A stretch of 42,538 bases of DNA from Candidatus Pelearchaeum maunauluense (GTDB taxonomy: Archaea; Thermoproteota; Nitrososphaeria_A; Caldarchaeales; Caldarchaeaceae): positions 1 to 42,538 of the forward strand of contig JANVYQ010000013.1 in NCBI GenBank assembly GCA_030059675.1. The letters run 5' to 3'. The translations under genes were made by a program, and so were the position numbers. Below the pieces are notes generated by a model, which ran no database searches, was not told the origin of the DNA, and was given only the letters and a program-made list of their open reading frames with translations. Positions 37,557-42,538 of the stretch are shown here, in pieces (position 1 is the first letter of the stretch; every line of letters begins with the position of its first letter).

Positions 37557-38000
37557 ATGCCAGTAGTGTCTAGGATAGACCACGTAGCGGTTGTTGTTAG
37601 GGACATTAGGAGGGCGCGGCGCCTCTACACGTCGCTTGGCTTCAGGGCTGGAGCAATAGTTCTGGTCAGGGAGAGGTATAGGGAGGAGAGACGCGAGCAT
37701 CTCTACTATGGGTGTAGCCTCAGAGCTGGTGGCCGCAAGCCCTTTATCTGGCTTATGCAGCCGAAGGACAGGTCTGGGCCTCTGGCTAGGTTTCTAAGAG
37801 AGAGGGGCGAGGGGCTGCATCACATAGGGCTCGTTGTAGGTGATGCGGCGAAGTGCTGCAAAGCCCTCAAGAAGCGCGGCGTGAAGCTCATACGCGAGGC
37901 CTGCGAGTTCCCACAAGACAGGGAGGTACGCGCGCTCATCCACCCCAGAAGCTCCTTCGGCACGCTCATAGAGCTCGTCCAGCCCCTGCGCCTAAAGTAA
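37557..38000 (+). CDS. VOC-family protein (methylmalonyl-CoA epimerase-like)
   Basis: IDHVAVVV, RGEGLHHIG and HP...GTLIELV. Confidence 0.8.
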   Translation: MPVVSRIDHVAVVVRDIRRARRLYTSLGFRAGAIVLVRERYREERREHLYYGCSLRAGGRKPFIWLMQPKDRSGPLARFLRERGEGLHHIGLVVGDAAKCCKALKKRGVKLIREACEFPQDREVRALIHPRSSFGTLIELVQPLRLK

Positions 38001-38025
38001 TAGCATAGCGGGCCTCTAGGAATGC

Positions 38026-38994
38026 TTGGATATGAAGCGCGTGTTTGACGTGGTTATCCCGCAGGGATGGAGGCTAGACCTGCCCAACACGGGGGCGGCG
38101 GAGCAGTATGCGCTGATTGAGAGCTTGGCTAAGCGGGCTGAGGAGCTGGGCTTCCAGGCAGCATGGCTCTACGACCACTTCCACACATACCCGAAGATTG
38201 AGCGCTCCTCGGTCTTTGAGGCGTGGACAACGCTCACAGCACTAGCCAAGGCCACGAGCAGCATAAGGCTAGGCGTCCTAGTAACCTGCAACAGCTACCG
38301 AAACCCAGCCCTGCTAGCCAAGATGGCGGCTACGCTAGACGTAATCTCTGGAGGCCGCCTAGAGTTCGGAATAGGCGCGGGCTGGTACGAGGCAGAATAC
38401 AAGGCCTTCGGCTACGACTTCCCAGGCAACGCTACCAGGATAAGGATGCTGGACGAGGCCGTGCAGATAATAAAGCGGATGTGGGTGGAGGATAGCGTAA
38501 CCTTCATCGGCAGGTATTATAGGGTTGAGGGCGCTCTCAACTATCCTAAGCCGCTCCAGAAGCCTAGGCCGCGTGTCTTGATAGGCGGCGCTGGGGAGAG
38601 CCTCACGCTCAGGGTGGTGGCGCGGCACGCGGATAGGTGGAACACTGGAGGAGACCCAGACACATACCAGCGGAAGATGGAGAAGCTCCACAACTACCTT
38701 GAGGAAGCTGGTCGTAAGACCTCTGACGTTGAATGCACCTATCACGGCATCCTCATAGTAGAGGAGAGCGACGAGAAGGCTCTCGCTAGGCTTGACAGGC
38801 TGGGCGCGGAGTGGGGGCTTCAGGAGCCGCGCGAACTGGCTAAACGCAACCCAATAGGAAGCCCCGAGAAAGTAGCAGACTATATCTCAAGACTATACGA
38901 CATAGGAGTAACCCGCTTTATGCTATACCCGCTAGACGCGGCCAACAGCGGAAAGCTGGAATACATAAGCGACGAGGTGCTTAGCCAAGTCTAG
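38026..38994 (+). CDS. Luciferase-like (LLM) flavin/F420-dependent oxidoreductase
   Basis: WLYDHFH, EAWTTL, YRNPALLAKMAATLDVISGGRLEFGIGAGW. Confidence 0.9.
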   Translation: MDMKRVFDVVIPQGWRLDLPNTGAAEQYALIESLAKRAEELGFQAAWLYDHFHTYPKIERSSVFEAWTTLTALAKATSSIRLGVLVTCNSYRNPALLAKMAATLDVISGGRLEFGIGAGWYEAEYKAFGYDFPGNATRIRMLDEAVQIIKRMWVEDSVTFIGRYYRVEGALNYPKPLQKPRPRVLIGGAGESLTLRVVARHADRWNTGGDPDTYQRKMEKLHNYLEEAGRKTSDVECTYHGILIVEESDEKALARLDRLGAEWGLQEPRELAKRNPIGSPEKVADYISRLYDIGVTRFMLYPLDAANSGKLEYISDEVLSQV

Positions 38995-39916
38995 TAGTAT
39001 CACATATCCCCCTCTGGGTTAATGCTATCCATTCTGCTACCCTGACAGCGTCGCGTGTAGCTCCTGGGTTATGCGTCCTTACTATATGAGCTCCGCGCAG
39101 TACTGCGTATGCCTCAGCGGCAAGTGAGGCGTGCATCCTCTCTTCAGGGCTTCTTCTCCCAGTTGGTATTCTGAGGAATGATTTGCGTGAGATTCCCACG
39201 AGGATTGGGCGGCCGAGCTCCCGTAGGGTGTTGAGCCGCGTGAGTAGGAGGAAGTCGCGGACGAACCAGTAAGGCTCGGCTTTGCTGGCCTCGCGTTGTA
39301 GTAGCTCTAGGGGGTTGCGTAGCTCCTCTTCGCTGGGCATCTCGCGCCTGCCGTAGAAGCCGAAAGCTGGGTCTATGACGAGCTTCTCTAGCTTAACACC
39401 AGCCTCAGCCGCCTTGTCTAGGCTACGCCGTAGCGCTGCTATCGTCTGCTCAACGGCGGGAAGCCTATCGCCCAGTCTTGGCCGCGCACCCACAACCGCT
39501 GAGACGCCAGACTCGGCTATGAGCGCTGGCATGGCATCGTCCTCAAACCCATATACATCATTAACGATGCGCGCTCCAGCGTCAAGCGCAGCCCGCGCCA
39601 CCTCGGCGGAGGTTGTGTCTATTGATACTGGCTGGCTGAAGCTCCCCGCCAGTAGCTTAACCGCTGAGACTGCTCTACGAATCTCCTCCTCTACAGGTAT
39701 GCGGGTCTCAAGATAGGGGGCGGTAGACCTCCCACCCACATCTATAACCTCAGCACCCTCGCCCACCATCCGCTCAGCCGTCTCCAGAATCTCACGCTCA
39801 CCAGTCCTGACCGATCCCTTATAGAACGACTCAGGCGAGACGTTAATCACGCCCATAATCCTCACAGGCAGGCCATCGCCGACCCCCAAGCCAGCCAGCG
39901 AAGCGCGAAGCATCAA
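38981..39916 (-). CDS. folP: Dihydropteroate synthase
   Basis: IMGVINVSPESF, IDVGGRSTAP, SIDT, IDPAFGF, GISRKSF and VRTHN. Confidence 0.9.
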   Translation of the reverse strand: MMLRASLAGLGVGDGLPVRIMGVINVSPESFYKGSVRTGEREILETAERMVGEGAEVIDVGGRSTAPYLETRIPVEEEIRRAVSAVKLLAGSFSQPVSIDTTSAEVARAALDAGARIVNDVYGFEDDAMPALIAESGVSAVVGARPRLGDRLPAVEQTIAALRRSLDKAAEAGVKLEKLVIDPAFGFYGRREMPSEEELRNPLELLQREASKAEPYWFVRDFLLLTRLNTLRELGRPILVGISRKSFLRIPTGRRSPEERMHASLAAEAYAVLRGAHIVRTHNPGATRDAVRVAEWIALTQRGICDTTRLG

Positions 39917-40004
39917 GCCTCAGCCGGCAGACCCCTTATATATGCGATTAACTTCCCACCAGCCTTGGGTTTTGTCGGCTCTAAGCCGCTCTTGGCTGCT
40001 CTAA

Positions 40005-40175
40005 GGGTTCTGACCTACGTAGTCTTTCATGGACATACGTAGGTCTTGGGATTCATCAGCCTAGGGCTCCTCATGAGCTCATCGGAGCCCTCATAAGCTC
40101 TTGGAAGAGCCTTAGGCCTGGGGAAACCCCCTCCATTTTAAGTCTATCTATCTTGAAACTGCTGACTACCTACGG
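40005..40175 (-). mobile_element. Non-autonomous mini-element, copy 2
   Basis: Reverse complement of copy 1, lacking a 41-nt internal block and carrying a 4-nt terminal duplication; bounded by GG...GG on the plus strand; perfect 10-bp inverted repeat at 40012-40021/40036-40045. Confidence 0.8.
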
Positions 40176-40225
40176 CAGATACATAAATACCCCAGCCACG
40201 AATAACGATACGAAGGCAGCCAGTC

Positions 40226-42373
40226 ATGACAACCACCCTAGGGAAAGAAGCAACCCTATACCGCGAACAGGACAACAGAATAATATGCACAGCCTGCGCC
40301 CGCTACTGCAGGCTCGCAGACGGCCAGATAGGACTATGCGGAATACGCGGCGTAGTAAACGGAAAACTACACCTCCTAGTCTACGGCAAAGTCATAACAG
40401 GCCACGTAGACCCAATCGAGAAAAAGCCAGTAACACACTACATGCCAGGAACTAAGATCTTCAGCATAGCGACTACTGGCTGCAACTGGCTCTGCCATCC
40501 AGCGGGGACAGAGATACTGATGTCCGACGGAAGTAGGAAGAGGGTCGAGGATATAGTACCCGGAGACGTGTTATGGTCGTATGATATAGATGGCGGTGTG
40601 GCGATTAGGCCAAGCGTAGTTACTCACGTGGGTATGCGAACGGCTAGGTTATTAGAGATTAGGTATGGGAGCAGGGGAGAGGGTAGAATACTTCTTACGG
40701 AGGAACACCCAGTCTATACTAAGAGCGGCTGGAAGATGGCATCAGAGCTAAAGAGTGGCGACTACATAGTGAAAGTCTGGTATCAGAATACACAGAAATC
40801 GAGGGAGAAGCGTAAGATAAGCATCAAGAACGCCGTTTTCCGCTGTAAGGTATGTGGTAAGGAGGTTAAGGGACTAGACGAGTGGAATAAGCATAGGGGA
40901 GAATGCTATACAGAGGGATTAAAGAAGCCAGTCGAGGCAATAAAAGCGGCTAGGCTCAGAATGCTCTTTAATAACCCTATGAAGGATCCCGAAATAGCAC
41001 GTAAAGCCTTAGAGAATAACAAGGCAAGGTTTCTCCACGACCCAACGCATGGGTGGCATAGAAACGCAGAACGCTTAAGGGAGTGGCTCCATAGGCACCC
41101 CTCGGCAGCCCAGCTCAAGCTTTACGAGCTATTAGACGAGCTAGGAATACCCTACGAGCAGGAATACAAAATAATCCCTGAGAGAAAAATAGAGGGTTCT
41201 AAGTCATGCTATATAGCAGACGCAGCAATACCTGAGGCAAAGCTGGTCATAGAGGTGGATGGCTATTGGCATTTCTATAACGAGAGAGTCAAAGAGTACG
41301 ATAGGATTAAGGACGAGACGCTTAGAGCTAACGGCTGGGACGTGCTGCGTATATCAGGCAGCTATCTATTCAATCACCCTGAGGAAGTCAAACAGCTAAT
41401 ACTCAGCCGGGCTATGCGCCCAGTCATGGTCAACAAGAAGAAATGGCTCGTAGTTAAGAGCGTTAAACCGCTAGACCATATGGAGACTGTTTATAGCCTA
41501 GAATGTATACCGCACCACAACTACGTGGCAGACGGGATCTTAGTACATAACTGTCAATATTGCCAGAACTTCGACATAAGCCAGCGGCGCAAGGTTGAGG
41601 GGTTTGATGCCTCGCCTGAGGATGTGGTGAGGCTTGCCAAGCGTTATCGTAGTGAGGGTATCGCATACACGTATAACGAGCCGACCATTTTTATGGAGTA
41701 TGCGCATGATATCGGCGTTATAGCGCGCCGCGAGGGTTTGATTAACATCTTCGTTACGAATGGTTTCTGGACTCCTGACTCGGTTAAGCTTGCCGCAGAT
41801 TTTCTAGATTGCGCTACCGTTGATTTTAAGGGGAACGCCGAGCCTGGTTTTGTTCAGCGCTATATTGGGATTCCAAGCCCTGAGCCAATCTTCCAAACGC
41901 TGCTGGAGATACGGGATAAGACGAAGATACATATTGAGATTACCGACCTGGTTGTTCCGCAGATTGGGGATAATCTAGAGTATGCGCGCCGCCTCGCTAG
42001 GTGGGTTTACGAGAACCTAGGCCCAGATACGCCGATACACTTCCTCCGCTTCCACCCTGATTATAGGTTGATGAACCTGCCTTGGACGCCTGTGGAGACC
42101 CTTGAACGGCACTGGAAGATAGCCAGGGAGGAGGGGCTGCGCTACGTATACGTGGGGAACGTTCCAGGGCATCCTTACGAGAATACCTACTGCCCTGGCT
42201 GTGGTGTTGTCGTGGTTGAGCGGCACGGCTTCGACATAATAAACTGGCGGCTAGACGGGAAGAACCGATGCCTGGAGTGCGGGTATCCAGTGGCGATAAT
42301 AGGCAGGCCGCCTCAAAGATACGTGCCGAGTAGGAGCAGGTTTATCCCAGTCGTATGGGAGAAGCAGCCTTAA
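40226..42373 (+). CDS. AmmeMemoRadiSam-type (PFL-AE-like) radical SAM enzyme containing an intein
   Basis: CTACARYC...GLCGIR, VDPIEKKP, GCNWL[intein]CQYCQN, AYTYNEP, FHPDY and YVYVGNVPGH. Confidence 0.9.
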   Translation: MTTTLGKEATLYREQDNRIICTACARYCRLADGQIGLCGIRGVVNGKLHLLVYGKVITGHVDPIEKKPVTHYMPGTKIFSIATTGCNWLCHPAGTEILMSDGSRKRVEDIVPGDVLWSYDIDGGVAIRPSVVTHVGMRTARLLEIRYGSRGEGRILLTEEHPVYTKSGWKMASELKSGDYIVKVWYQNTQKSREKRKISIKNAVFRCKVCGKEVKGLDEWNKHRGECYTEGLKKPVEAIKAARLRMLFNNPMKDPEIARKALENNKARFLHDPTHGWHRNAERLREWLHRHPSAAQLKLYELLDELGIPYEQEYKIIPERKIEGSKSCYIADAAIPEAKLVIEVDGYWHFYNERVKEYDRIKDETLRANGWDVLRISGSYLFNHPEEVKQLILSRAMRPVMVNKKKWLVVKSVKPLDHMETVYSLECIPHHNYVADGILVHNCQYCQNFDISQRRKVEGFDASPEDVVRLAKRYRSEGIAYTYNEPTIFMEYAHDIGVIARREGLINIFVTNGFWTPDSVKLAADFLDCATVDFKGNAEPGFVQRYIGIPSPEPIFQTLLEIRDKTKIHIEITDLVVPQIGDNLEYARRLARWVYENLGPDTPIHFLRFHPDYRLMNLPWTPVETLERHWKIAREEGLRYVYVGNVPGHPYENTYCPGCGVVVVERHGFDIINWRLDGKNRCLECGYPVAIIGRPPQRYVPSRSRFIPVVWEKQP
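40493..41551 (+). mobile_element. Intein (353 aa) with internal Zn-finger-like segment and Vsr/DUF559-type endonuclease
   Basis: Block A CHPAGTEILMSDG, block B LTEEHPVY, blocks F/G VYSLEC..HHNYVADGILVHN followed by Cys(+1); internal YIADAAI...VIEVDGYWH...D..KDETL...GWDVLRI. Confidence 0.92.
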
Positions 42374-42448
42374 GTTTTAAATTTCTGATTTATGAGGAGA
42401 ATGGATATTTAAACATCTTCAGCATAATACAACCAATCCCCTGTTAAA

Positions 42449-42538
42449 GGGTTCTGACCTGCGTAGTCTTTCATGGGCATACGTAGGTCTTGGGATTCAT
42501 TAGCCTAGGGCTCCTCATGGGTTCATCGGAGCCCTCAT
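42449..42538 (-). mobile_element. Non-autonomous mini-element, copy 3 (cut by the window end)
   Basis: GGGTTCTGACCTGCGTAGTCTTTCATGGGCATACGTAGGTCTTGGGATTCAT... matches copies 1 and 2. Confidence 0.8.

Noticed and set aside
615-42226. Numerous 60-150 aa ORFs antisense or out of frame to long genes
   Set aside because: They are shadow ORFs of well-supported genes and show no independent coding signal.

Overview
Archaeal chromosomal window, probably a thermophilic TACK-lineage organism. An Aigarchaeota/Caldarchaeales-like source is my inference from SmAP3, split NuoJ, BHB introns at non-canonical tRNA positions and a free-standing LAGLIDADG relic. Most of it is housekeeping: mre11-rad50, srp54-pus10-rpl21e-rpo4-DUF655-rpl10e-rnhA, acnA, pyrH, aRF1, trpS, speDE, folP, nuoJ/K/L/M, and a copper cluster (YHS chaperone, copA, small membrane protein, TRASH regulator). 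Features missing from the ORF track: (1) three copies of a 170-210 bp non-coding, structured element bounded by GG/CC dinucleotides. One copy cleanly interrupts a LAGLIDADG gene and two bracket an intein-containing radical SAM gene. It looks like a protein-less IS607-like (TnpB guide-RNA-type) mini-element. (2) A 353-aa intein inside the CxxxCxxC motif of a radical SAM enzyme, carrying a Vsr/DUF559-type nuclease instead of LAGLIDADG. (3) Two tRNAs with BHB introns at positions 51/52 and 23/24. (4) A decayed SmAP1-rpl37e pair and several other pseudogenes. All calls come from reading motifs by eye; no searches were run.
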